Source of the DNA: Dehalococcoidia bacterium
GTDB lineage: Bacteria > Chloroflexota > Dehalococcoidia > Lucifugimonadales > JADFKI01
Direction: 5' to 3'
Assembly (NCBI GenBank): GCA_965207465.1
Contig: OZ242283.1
Span: 2,022,248 to 2,054,247, forward strand
DNA length: 32,000 nt
The notes below the pieces were generated by a model, which was given only the letters and a program-made list of their open reading frames with translations, ran no database searches and was not told the DNA's origin. The translations under genes were made by a program, and so were the position numbers. Below are positions 25,135-32,000 of this stretch, piece by piece (within the stretch, counting starts at the first letter, position 1; each line of letters begins with the position of its first letter).

Positions 25135-25698
25135 GTGGATGGCCCTTCGACAAGCTCAGGACGAACGGAAAGTTTGTCCGAAGAGATTCCCTGCGCTGAA
25201 GTCGGCAGCAGGCAGAACCCTGAGTTTCGTCCGGCGGCGCGTGTGCTGCTCATAGACGACAGAGACCGCGTTCTGCTGTTCGATGTGGCGTTGCCGCAGC
25301 GTCCTGATGATCGGCTGTGGATTACGCCGGGCGGCGGGCTCGATCCCGGTGAAACGCGCGAGGATGCGGCATTACGCGAACTTTACGAGGAGACAGGGTT
25401 GCGAGGCGTGGAGCTGGGACCGTGCATCTGGAAGCGGCGGCACGTTTGGCAGTGGAGCAATAAGTGGATAGAGTCCGACGAGTGGTTCTACCTGCTGCGC
25501 GCGCCCGCATTCGAGGCCGTAGCGACGGCGCCAGACGAGTGGGAAATGCAGTACGTGCTTGGGCATCGCTGGTGGAGCCTGACGGAGATGGCCGCTGATA
25601 GGGAGACGGAGACTTTCGTGCCGCGCAGCCTGCCGGAGCTTCTGCCGCCCATACTAGCGGGGAATGTACCACACATGCCTATTCAGGTAGGAGAATAG
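25135..25698 (+). CDS. Nudix hydrolase
   Basis: Nudix box [24 protein letters not shown] (Gx5Ex7REUxEExGU). The 5' end is uncertain. GTG 25135 would translate the dispersed repeat, so TTG 25174 is a more plausible start. Confidence 0.8.
   Translation: MDGPSTSSGRTESLSEEIPCAEVGSRQNPEFRPAARVLLIDDRDRVLLFDVALPQRPDDRLWITPGGGLDPGETREDAALRELYEETGLRGVELGPCIWKRRHVWQWSNKWIESDEWFYLLRAPAFEAVATAPDEWEMQYVLGHRWWSLTEMAADRETETFVPRSLPELLPPILAGNVPHMPIQVGE
25142..25172 (+). repeat. Dispersed 31-nt repeat, copy 2 (GCCCTTCGACAAGCTCAGGACGAACGGAAAG)
   Basis: See copy 1 at 9506-9537. This copy lies 11 nt after the larE stop, inside the 5' extension of the Nudix ORF as given by the track. Confidence 0.7.
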
Positions 25699-25839
25699 TC
25701 TATGATGTGCGAGGCCTTACCCTGCCTATTCGCCTGTTTCCTCACATAACCGCAGAATGAGAACAGGGCTAACGAACGCCAAACCGCTTGTATCTCTAAC
25801 GTTGTCACACCCCAAAAAAAGATAGGAAGGATACTTGGT

Positions 25840-26880
25840 ATGCCTGGGTATAAACTCCTTATAACTTTAGGTCTCATAATTCTTATGTCTCTACCGCTTA
25901 CGATTGCCTACGCGGACGGACATGGATACAGCGGTGCGGGCACTGTCGTTGTCTCGGATGGCGGCGCAATGAGCGACAAGGTTACATTCTCCATGTCCGG
26001 CGTTTCGATGCTGGAGTCCGGCATGGCATACGAAGGCTGGCTGGCGAATAGCGGCAGCGATGAAAAGGTAAGCACCGGCTTGATGACGGTTATGCCGGGC
26101 GGCGGTATCAGCCATTCGTGGATCGAACCCGACGGCTCCAACCTGCTCGCCCTGTACGACACCGTGATAATCACGGTTGAACCTGTGCCGGACGATGACC
26201 CCGCTCCCTCAGAGGTAATAGCGTTCAGCAACACACTTTCGAGCGATTTGATTGACCCCGTTCGTGAGTTGGTCGTAGGCGAGCAGGCGGTAGTCCCCAT
26301 GCTCCAGGCGCAGATAAGCGCGGCGATGGGCAAGATTCGCGACGCGCAAGCCGCTGACACCACGGACGCGCTTCATGCCGCTACCCAAGAGGCAGTGGAC
26401 ATCATTGATGCGGAAGACGGCATCATCGCGCTTGCATCGACGACTGAAGAACTCGGCTCTGATGTATATCAAGCCGCCCTGAACGCCTTGGTCAGAGATG
26501 CTTGCGAATGCGTGATGAAATCCGGCGAAAACATACAAGCCTGGGCAATTGCCGCCAAGGAAGACGCGGCGTCGGTAATGGCAGAGAACGACCTCAACAC
26601 CGCGAAGACGTTGCTGAACATAGTGAACGGCAAGTTGCTGGCAGCCGCCAACGGCATTGACGCTGCCGAAATGGGCGGCGCGAGCGACGCCTATACCCAT
26701 GCACAGAAGATTGCGACATTCACCCTACCGGCACCGATGGAGGCTGCCGCCGACGCGCCGAGCGTAGGCGACGCCTATGTGCCTGCGGCGATGCAGATCA
26801 TGCTAATCGCGGCTCTTGCGCTGCTCATCGGCGGCGGCGCACTTCTGTATAGAGCGCGCAGGACAAGCGCTAGAGCGTAA
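25840..26880 (+). CDS. Secreted, C-terminally anchored protein of unknown function, paralogue A
   Basis: Signal peptide MPGYKLLITLGLIILMSLPLTIAYA. An N-terminal ~110-aa module with AYEGWL, reminiscent of anti-sigma RskA-type extracytoplasmic domains. An Ala/Asp-rich helical region. The tail is PSVGDAYVPAAMQIMLIAALALLIGGGALLYRARRTSARA. Confidence 0.75.
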   Translation: MPGYKLLITLGLIILMSLPLTIAYADGHGYSGAGTVVVSDGGAMSDKVTFSMSGVSMLESGMAYEGWLANSGSDEKVSTGLMTVMPGGGISHSWIEPDGSNLLALYDTVIITVEPVPDDDPAPSEVIAFSNTLSSDLIDPVRELVVGEQAVVPMLQAQISAAMGKIRDAQAADTTDALHAATQEAVDIIDAEDGIIALASTTEELGSDVYQAALNALVRDACECVMKSGENIQAWAIAAKEDAASVMAENDLNTAKTLLNIVNGKLLAAANGIDAAEMGGASDAYTHAQKIATFTLPAPMEAAADAPSVGDAYVPAAMQIMLIAALALLIGGGALLYRARRTSARA

Positions 26881-27219
26881 TGCCTGCATGATACCTGTAT
26901 GCCGTTGTCATAGATTCCCGTTTCCTGTTTCACCAGGGAGCGGGGATGACCGTGAAGCAAGGGTGTAGTCTAACTGAGTTCCAATAGGGTATAATGGCGA
27001 CTGAACGTGCTGGTTCAGAGACGTGCCGAGAGCATATCTTTGTGGTATTATGTTCCGTGGGCGGCCTTATACAAGCGTCGCTCAGATATGTATTGAACAA
27101 TTCCAATAAAAGTACGGAAATCTATGCCTGCAAAGTCTGTCATGTTACCGTAGGTTGTGATATTGTTTGTATCTGACCAAGGTTCTTTCAATCTCAAGCA
27201 AGGAGGAAAGATTCTTAGC

Positions 27220-28260
27220 ATGTCTATGTCTAAGCTTCTGATTACACTAGGTCTCATTCTATTGATGACTACACCGTTCTCCGTAGCGTATGCGGCTGAT
27301 CAGCCATACAGCGGTTCCGGCACTGCCGTCGTCTCCGACGCCGGCGCAATGAGCGACAGGGTAACCATTTCACTCAGCGGCATGATGGCGCTGGAGAAAG
27401 ACATGGCCTACGAGGGCTGGCTGGTTGACAGCACCAGCGGCGACAAGGTCAGCGTCGGTATCCTGACAGCGACCTTTGGAGACATCAACCACACATGGAC
27501 TTCTCCTGACGGCGCCAATCTGCTTGCCCTGTACGATTGCGTTGTCATAAGCGTCGAGTCCATGCCGGACGATGACCCCGCCGAATGGTCGGAAATTGCC
27601 TTCTTAGATACTATTGACGAGGGCGCGATAGGGGAAATCAGAGGGCTGGTAGTTGGCGACAGCAGCACTCTATACATGCTGCAGATGCAGGTCCACATGG
27701 CGATGGCAAAAGTCGCGGAAGCGCAGGCTGCCGACGACATCGACGCCCTCCGAGCTGCGACTGAAGAAGCTGTCGGCATGGTTGACGGCGACGATGGCAT
27801 CGCCGCGCTCGCGGCGTCCGCCAGCGCATCGGCGATGGCAGCCATGGACGCTTCAAGCAGGGATAGCGTCGATATGTATGCCAAGAGGGTCATGGCATCC
27901 AGCGACAACGTTTCCGCCTGGGCGATGGCAGCCAAGGAAGACGCCGCCTCAGTAACCGCTCAGGAAGACCTTGAAGTAGCCAAGACCCTGCTGAACATCG
28001 TCAACGGTAAGCTCTCCGCAGCGATGAATGGTGTTGCGGTCTCCGATATGGGTGGAGCGAACGACGCCTATGTCAGCGCGCAGAAGATGGCGACATTCAT
28101 GCTTCCGGCGCCGGCAGGAGATGCAGCAGTTGATACACCCAAGACTGGGGACGCCTATGTTCCTATGGCTATGCAGGTAATGCTGTTCGTGGCACTGATG
28201 CTGCTCATCGGTGGTGGCGCGATGCTGTATAGGGAGCGCAGGCTCGGCTCAAAGGCGTAA
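27220..28260 (+). CDS. Secreted, C-terminally anchored protein of unknown function, paralogue B
   Basis: Colinear with paralogue A: MSMSKLLITLGLILLMTTPFSVAYA, AYEGWL, AKTLLNIVNGKL. The tail is PKTGDAYVPMAMQVMLFVALMLLIGGGAMLYRERRLGSKA. AAGGAGG lies 13 nt upstream of ATG 27220; the ORF track starts at GTG 27157. Confidence 0.75.
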   Translation: MSMSKLLITLGLILLMTTPFSVAYAADQPYSGSGTAVVSDAGAMSDRVTISLSGMMALEKDMAYEGWLVDSTSGDKVSVGILTATFGDINHTWTSPDGANLLALYDCVVISVESMPDDDPAEWSEIAFLDTIDEGAIGEIRGLVVGDSSTLYMLQMQVHMAMAKVAEAQAADDIDALRAATEEAVGMVDGDDGIAALAASASASAMAAMDASSRDSVDMYAKRVMASSDNVSAWAMAAKEDAASVTAQEDLEVAKTLLNIVNGKLSAAMNGVAVSDMGGANDAYVSAQKMATFMLPAPAGDAAVDTPKTGDAYVPMAMQVMLFVALMLLIGGGAMLYRERRLGSKA

Positions 28261-28288
28261 CGCATCCGGAAACACTAGATATTAATCG

Positions 28289-28332
28289 CAGAGACTCCAT
28301 CCGCTTCAGGTGGGTGGAGTCTCTGTGCTTTG
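28289..28332 (+). terminator. Rho-independent terminator after paralogue B
   Basis: An 11-bp stem, CAGAGACTCCA (28289-28299) pairing with TGGAGTCTCTG (28315-28325), followed by TGCTTTG. Confidence 0.6.
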
Positions 28333-28336
28333 TGGG

Positions 28337-28369
28337 AATCTAACATCGATAAACAGGATGGATAGGATG
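28337..28369 (+). repeat. Junction motif copy J6 (AATCTAACATCGATAAACAGGATGGATAGGATG)
   Basis: Lies immediately upstream of, and overlaps, the bcp start region. Confidence 0.7.
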
Positions 28370-28377
28370 TGCCCAGT

Positions 28378-28830
28378 ATGGTAAGGACAGGCGAAGTTGC
28401 GCCGGACTTCACGCTTCCAAGCACGTCTGGGGACATTACTCTGAGTGCAGTTGTGGCTGATAAGCACGTCGTGCTTGCTTTCTATTTGGAGGACAAGACG
28501 CCCGGCTGCACCCAGATGCTGAGTGCGCTGCAAGGCGAGTACGACACCATCCGCGAACTGGATGCCGAAGTGATAGCGATAGGCGCAGACTCACTCGATT
28601 CGCACGAGGCGTTCAGCGAATCACTCGGCGGCTGTCCGTTCCCGATTGCCAGCGATTCCGGCTTGAACGTTGCCACTACTTACGGCGCGCTCGCGGATGA
28701 CGGCAAGGGCATGGTACGCGCTGTATTCGTGGTGGATAAGGGCGGGCGCATCGCACACAGCATCCCGTGGTTCCAGCCGGGCAGCACGGCTCAGTTCTTC
28801 GAGATATTTCAGGCGCTCGGCCTGGAGTGA
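28378..28830 (+). CDS. bcp: Thiol peroxidase, Bcp/PrxQ-type peroxiredoxin
   Basis: APDFTLPSTSGD...VVLAFYLEDKTPGCTQ contains the peroxidatic Cys in the PGCT motif. The start is ATG 28378, or alternatively GTG 28369. Confidence 0.85.
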   Translation: MVRTGEVAPDFTLPSTSGDITLSAVVADKHVVLAFYLEDKTPGCTQMLSALQGEYDTIRELDAEVIAIGADSLDSHEAFSESLGGCPFPIASDSGLNVATTYGALADDGKGMVRAVFVVDKGGRIAHSIPWFQPGSTAQFFEIFQALGLE

Positions 28831-28832
28831 GC

Positions 28833-29582
28833 ATGGTCGCGCCGACACTCGTCGCTCGACGGTTGCCTGCCCGATGGTTAATTTCGGCGCTTCTACCGGC
28901 GCTTGCGCTGCTCATATACGGTTGCGGAGACACTCCCCCACCTGCCACGCCGGCGCAGACTGCCACGCCTACGCCCATCAACCCGCAGGCGATACTGGAC
29001 GACTGCGGGCGGGCGATGTCCACCCTGACATCCTTCGGCTTCCGCGTTGAACACGACGATGACGGAGGCACACCGCTCGACCAGGGCATGGTCCTGACGG
29101 AGGCGAGCGGCAGTGTTTCCGGCTCCGACAGGCTCGCGGTGGATTTCAGCGGTACGGCTGGCAGCTTCGCAGTGAAGGGCAGCCTCATTGCGATCGGCGA
29201 GAACGTCTATATGACCAATCCGCTGTCCGGCGAGTGGCACGCCGTTTCGTCTGCGCTCAATCCCCTGGCGTTCTTCGAGCCGTCTCAGGGAATCGCGGAC
29301 ATACTATTGCAGGTACGGGACACCACGCTCATATCGCACGATTCCGCCGAGTATCGCATTGGCGGCACGCTGCCCTCAGTCGCGCTCGCGCCTCTGTTCG
29401 GAGAGACCGATGCACGGAGCAGCGTAAATGTTACGCTGACAATCGACAAGGTGAATCTGTACCTGACGAGTACGCGGCTTGAAGGGCGCATTACCCCCAA
29501 CGAAGCGGACGGTCTGGTACGCACAATAACGCTATCTCAGTTCGACGAGCCGGTGAACATCGCCATACCGGACGGGGGCTAA
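28833..29582 (+). CDS. Lipoprotein, LppX/LprAFG (LprG-like) family candidate
   Basis: Signal peptide with lipobox LLIYGC, followed by a Pro/Thr linker. The ~200-aa body is colinear by eye with the LprG pattern (…SFGFRVEH…, LIAIGENVYMTNPLSGEW, YRIGGTLP, TLSQFDEPVNI). The start is ATG 28833, 2 nt after the bcp stop. Confidence 0.6.
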   Translation: MVAPTLVARRLPARWLISALLPALALLIYGCGDTPPPATPAQTATPTPINPQAILDDCGRAMSTLTSFGFRVEHDDDGGTPLDQGMVLTEASGSVSGSDRLAVDFSGTAGSFAVKGSLIAIGENVYMTNPLSGEWHAVSSALNPLAFFEPSQGIADILLQVRDTTLISHDSAEYRIGGTLPSVALAPLFGETDARSSVNVTLTIDKVNLYLTSTRLEGRITPNEADGLVRTITLSQFDEPVNIAIPDGG

Positions 29583-29608
29583 CATCGATGTACAGGATGG
29601 GGAGGATG
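29576..29608 (+). repeat. Junction motif copy J7 (GGGCTAACATCGATGTACAGGATGGGGAGGATG)
   Basis: Contains the TAA stop of the lipoprotein gene (29580-29582) and three in-frame ATGs of the MFS gene (29588, 29597, 29606). Confidence 0.7.
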
Positions 29609-31069
29609 AGGTCGTATGCGGCGCTGACGGCGGTGTTCGCCGGGGTGTTCGTGGCAGCGGACGACCAGACTGTCGTAGTCACGGTGCTGCCGCAGATAAT
29701 GCTCGACCTGAAGCTCACCGTCACCGAACTCGACCACACATCCTGGATTGTCACCGGCTACCTGCTCGGCTATGTCGCCGCGATGCCCTTCATCGGCAGA
29801 CTCTCGGACATCTGTGGGCACCGCAATGCCTTCATTGGCTCGCTTCTGCTTTTCATGCTTGGCTCTGCTGGCGTCGCGCTGGCAACCGACATCAACTGGC
29901 TGATAGGGCTGCGGGTGTTTCAGGCACTGGGAGCGGGCGCGCTCGTGCCAATCGCAATCGCGGTCGTGGGCGACCTGTTTCCGCCTGAAAACCGAGGCAC
30001 ACCGCTTGGTCTTGTGGGCGCTTCAGCGGAAGCGGGCGGCGTCATCGGACCGCTCTGGGGTGGAGTCATCACGAAGTACCTGGCGTGGCAGTGGGTGTTC
30101 TGGCTGAACATTCCACTTTGCGCCGTCATAATCGCGCTGACACTGCTCCTGCTGCCAAAGAGCCAACGCCACCCAGCACGAATGGACTACATCGGCGGCG
30201 CGCTCGTCACGCTGAGTCTAGCCGCACTCACTCTTGGGCTGGCGCGAATAGACGAACTCGATACCCTGATGGCGCTGTGGCTCGCCCTCGCAGTCGTATC
30301 GCTTGCGGTATTCATACTGCGTCAGCGGACGGTCGCTGATCCGCTGCTGCCGCGCGCGATGTTCAGGGCGCGGGCATTTGTCGCCGCAAACGCAGTACAT
30401 CTGCTCATCGGCGGCGCACTCATTATCGGCATGATAACCATTCCGCTCATGGCGAACACGCTGCTTGGAGAGACACCGCTGGGTGGTGGGTTGATGCTGC
30501 TGCGTATGACAGTGGCGATACCGTTCGGGGCGGTGCTGGGCGGCATCGCCTGCCAGCGATTCGACTACCGGATGCCTGCCATTCTTGGGCTGCTGCTGTG
30601 CGCGCTGGGCTTCTGGCTGATGAGCGGCTGGGGGCTGGACATCGCGGACCCGTGGATGACCGCTCATCTGGCGACCGCCGGCTTTGGCTTCGGATTGCTC
30701 ATCGCGCCCATCGCGCTGGCTGCCACGAACTCCGTGAGTGACGATGCGCGCGGCGCGGCGGCGGCGCTGATTACCACTATGCGCGTGGTGGGAATGACGC
30801 TGGGAGTCGCGGCGCTCACGGCATGGGGAACGGGCAGGTTCGATGCACTTGTGGCAGGCATCGGCGCACCTTTCGCACTTCCGGAGGAGACGGCAGAACA
30901 GGCGCAGGAACGCATCGCAGGGGTGCAGCAACAACTCTCGGATGCGGGACTGACGCTGTTCAGCGATTTCTTCGTTGTGGCAGCGGTGTTGTGCTTGGTG
31001 GCGCTTGTGCCGGCGGCGTTCATGGCGTGGCGAGGGATATCCAGGAAGATTCCGGGTTATTCGGCTTAA
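29588..31069 (+). CDS. MFS transporter, DHA2 (14-TMS, EmrB/P55-like)
   Basis: Highly hydrophobic, with about 14 predicted helices. MFS motif A-like GRLSDICGHRN and motif C-like GALVPIAIAVVGDLFPPENRG. The start is ambiguous among three ATGs lying within the junction motif. Confidence 0.85.
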   Translation: MYRMGRMRSYAALTAVFAGVFVAADDQTVVVTVLPQIMLDLKLTVTELDHTSWIVTGYLLGYVAAMPFIGRLSDICGHRNAFIGSLLLFMLGSAGVALATDINWLIGLRVFQALGAGALVPIAIAVVGDLFPPENRGTPLGLVGASAEAGGVIGPLWGGVITKYLAWQWVFWLNIPLCAVIIALTLLLLPKSQRHPARMDYIGGALVTLSLAALTLGLARIDELDTLMALWLALAVVSLAVFILRQRTVADPLLPRAMFRARAFVAANAVHLLIGGALIIGMITIPLMANTLLGETPLGGGLMLLRMTVAIPFGAVLGGIACQRFDYRMPAILGLLLCALGFWLMSGWGLDIADPWMTAHLATAGFGFGLLIAPIALAATNSVSDDARGAAAALITTMRVVGMTLGVAALTAWGTGRFDALVAGIGAPFALPEETAEQAQERIAGVQQQLSDAGLTLFSDFFVVAAVLCLVALVPAAFMAWRGISRKIPGYSA

Positions 31070-31326
31070 GAAACCTTCACCTCAGGCAGCACCAGCGATA
31101 CAGAAACGACGCGGCTACCCTCCGGAACTTCGACGGACTGCATCAGACTCGGACGCACGAGTTCTTCGCCATCCACTTCAGTCTCAATAGCATAATCTTT
31201 AAGAGCATATTCCGCATTGCGAAGGGCTTCTTCAACGGTGTTTCCCATCGCTGCGACTCCGGGAATATCGGGGAACACGACGCCATAAGCGCCTTCTTCG
31301 CCATCTATGAGCGCCGGATAGTCCAT
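31066..31326 (-). CDS. hicB: Type II antitoxin HicB
   Basis: MDYPALIDGEEGAYGVVFPDIPGVAAMGNTVEEALRNAEYAL is the HicB N-terminal fold signature. AGGAGA lies 7 nt upstream of ATG 31326; the track's TTG 31350 is less likely. The stop shares TTAA with the convergent MFS stop. Confidence 0.8.
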   Translation of the reverse strand: MDYPALIDGEEGAYGVVFPDIPGVAAMGNTVEEALRNAEYALKDYAIETEVDGEELVRPSLMQSVEVPEGSRVVSVSLVLPEVKVS

Positions 31327-31337
31327 CAGAGATTCTC

Positions 31338-31526
31338 CTATTCTCTCCAACCCGCTTTGTTCGCGATTGTACGCGCAACTCCTGGGGAGAGTGTTCTGTG
31401 GCGCGGCAAGGTTACGATACCCTTTACACTTGGATGCCTGTATATGTCGTGACCTGAGCTGAGCCGATGAAGATACCAGCTATCTTGTTCCAACTTTCTC
31501 CGCACTCGCCTTCTGTTTGTTTCCAT
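31338..31526 (-). CDS. hicA: Type II toxin HicA (mRNA interferase)
   Basis: 62 aa. KLEQDSWYLHRLSSGHDIYRHP...GIVTLPRHRTLSPGVARTIANKAG fits the HicA/YcfA pattern (G-W, gsH, vtvPxH, g-l--I-k-ag). Confidence 0.8.
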   Translation of the reverse strand: METNRRRVRRKLEQDSWYLHRLSSGHDIYRHPSVKGIVTLPRHRTLSPGVARTIANKAGWRE

Positions 31527-31623
31527 TACCCAACAATACTAACATACGCACGCCGGTCGACCAGCGGTTCGAACTGCTATAATCGGCCGTAACTCCACCT
31601 GAATATACCTGCGGAGGGCGACT

Positions 31624-32000
31624 ATGGGCTGGTCTATTCATCATCCGGTCGGGCTGATTCACTACACACCCACGGCTTGCTATCGAGGCTATACGCTGTT
31701 CTCCACCACGCACGGCGGCAAGGACGCCTACCTAATAGATATGGAGGGCAATGTCGTTCATCGCTGGCATCTGGAAGAGGGCATCCCTTACGCTTACCTA
31801 CTGAACAACGGCAACCTGCTGTGCCGCATCGGAAGACCAGAAGACGCCGGCGGCGTGGAGACGCTGGGCGCGTCGTCTGCCGGCGTAATTGAACTGGACT
31901 GGGACAGCAATATCGTCTGGGCTTACCGCGATCCCATGCTGCACCACGACTTTCAGCGGATGCCCAACGGCAATACGCTCCTCCTGATGTGGGAACCAAT
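31624..32000 (+). CDS. Arylsulfotransferase (ASST)-like beta-propeller protein, 5' partial (continues beyond the window)
   Basis: Not in the ORF track because it has no stop. ATG 31624 has GGAGGG 5 nt upstream. My translation is MGWSIHHPVGLIHYTPTACYRGYTLFSTTHGGKDAYLIDMEGNVVHRWHL...NNGNLL...IVWAYRDPMLHHDFQRMPNGNTLLLMWEP. The HHD...PNGN pattern is typical of ASST family proteins. The antisense ORF 31634..31999 is a shadow. Confidence 0.55.
   Translation, partial: MGWSIHHPVGLIHYTPTACYRGYTLFSTTHGGKDAYLIDMEGNVVHRWHLEEGIPYAYLLNNGNLLCRIGRPEDAGGVETLGASSAGVIELDWDSNIVWAYRDPMLHHDFQRMPNGNTLLLMWEP

Noticed and set aside
26994-27176. 60-aa ORF in the gap between the two surface-protein paralogues, with a nearby TATAAT at 26990-26995
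   Set aside because: The ORF has no RBS, it is AT-rich and atypical in composition, and no acceptable -35 partners the TATAAT. The region is more likely the 5' UTR or promoter region of paralogue B.
31634-31999. 121-aa minus-strand ORF at the window edge
   Set aside because: It is antisense to a better-supported + strand open frame (ATG 31624 with a GGAGGG RBS and ASST-like HHD...PNGN motifs). Its own translation is Arg/Cys/Pro-rich.
1025-32000. Search for 23S/5S rRNA or tRNA-Ile downstream of the 16S
   Set aside because: No conserved 23S blocks or additional cloverleafs could be recognised. The region is densely protein-coding.

Overview
This window looks like a GC-rich (by eye) bacterial chromosomal fragment. 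It opens with the 3' ~480 nt of a 16S rRNA gene, a 471-nt spacer and tRNA-Ala(UGC). Protein-coding genes follow directly, and no 23S or 5S rRNA occurs in the remaining 31 kb. The phylum is not established: the unlinked 16S, the paralogue expansions and the gene content suggest a Chloroflexota-like or symbiont lineage, but that is inference only.

The main result is a compact locus at ~4.6-13.2 kb that combines five genes. Four have eukaryote-type sterol-tailoring signatures and one is a lipid exporter:
- an ERG4/ERG24 (LBR/7-DHCR)-family sterol reductase
- a Neverland/KshA-type Rieske oxygenase
- a cytochrome P450 fused to an N-terminal GPP34/GOLPH3-like lipid-binding domain
- an ERG6-type sterol C-24 methyltransferase
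- an MMPL/HpnN-type RND exporter, apparently in the same operon as the methyltransferase

No squalene epoxidase or oxidosqualene cyclase is present in the window.

Downstream, in order:
- three tandem amidase-signature paralogues
- a secreted GLUG-repeat protein with a Pro/Thr-rich stalk
- a COG2768/DUF362 Fe-S protein
- a VapBC module
- an SDR epimerase, a LarE-type sulfur transferase and a Nudix hydrolase
- two paralogous secreted, C-terminally anchored proteins of unknown function
- a Bcp peroxiredoxin / LprG-like lipoprotein / DHA2 MFS transporter operon
- a HicAB module
- the 5' end of an arylsulfotransferase-like gene

The intergenic DNA carries several repeat families:
- a ~30-nt purine-rich junction motif (7 copies, all just after stops or just before starts)
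- a double-hairpin REP-like element, including a 101-bp tandem array
- a 29-bp-arm long hairpin
- a 31-nt dispersed repeat

All functional calls rest on motifs read by eye from the translations. No database search was run.
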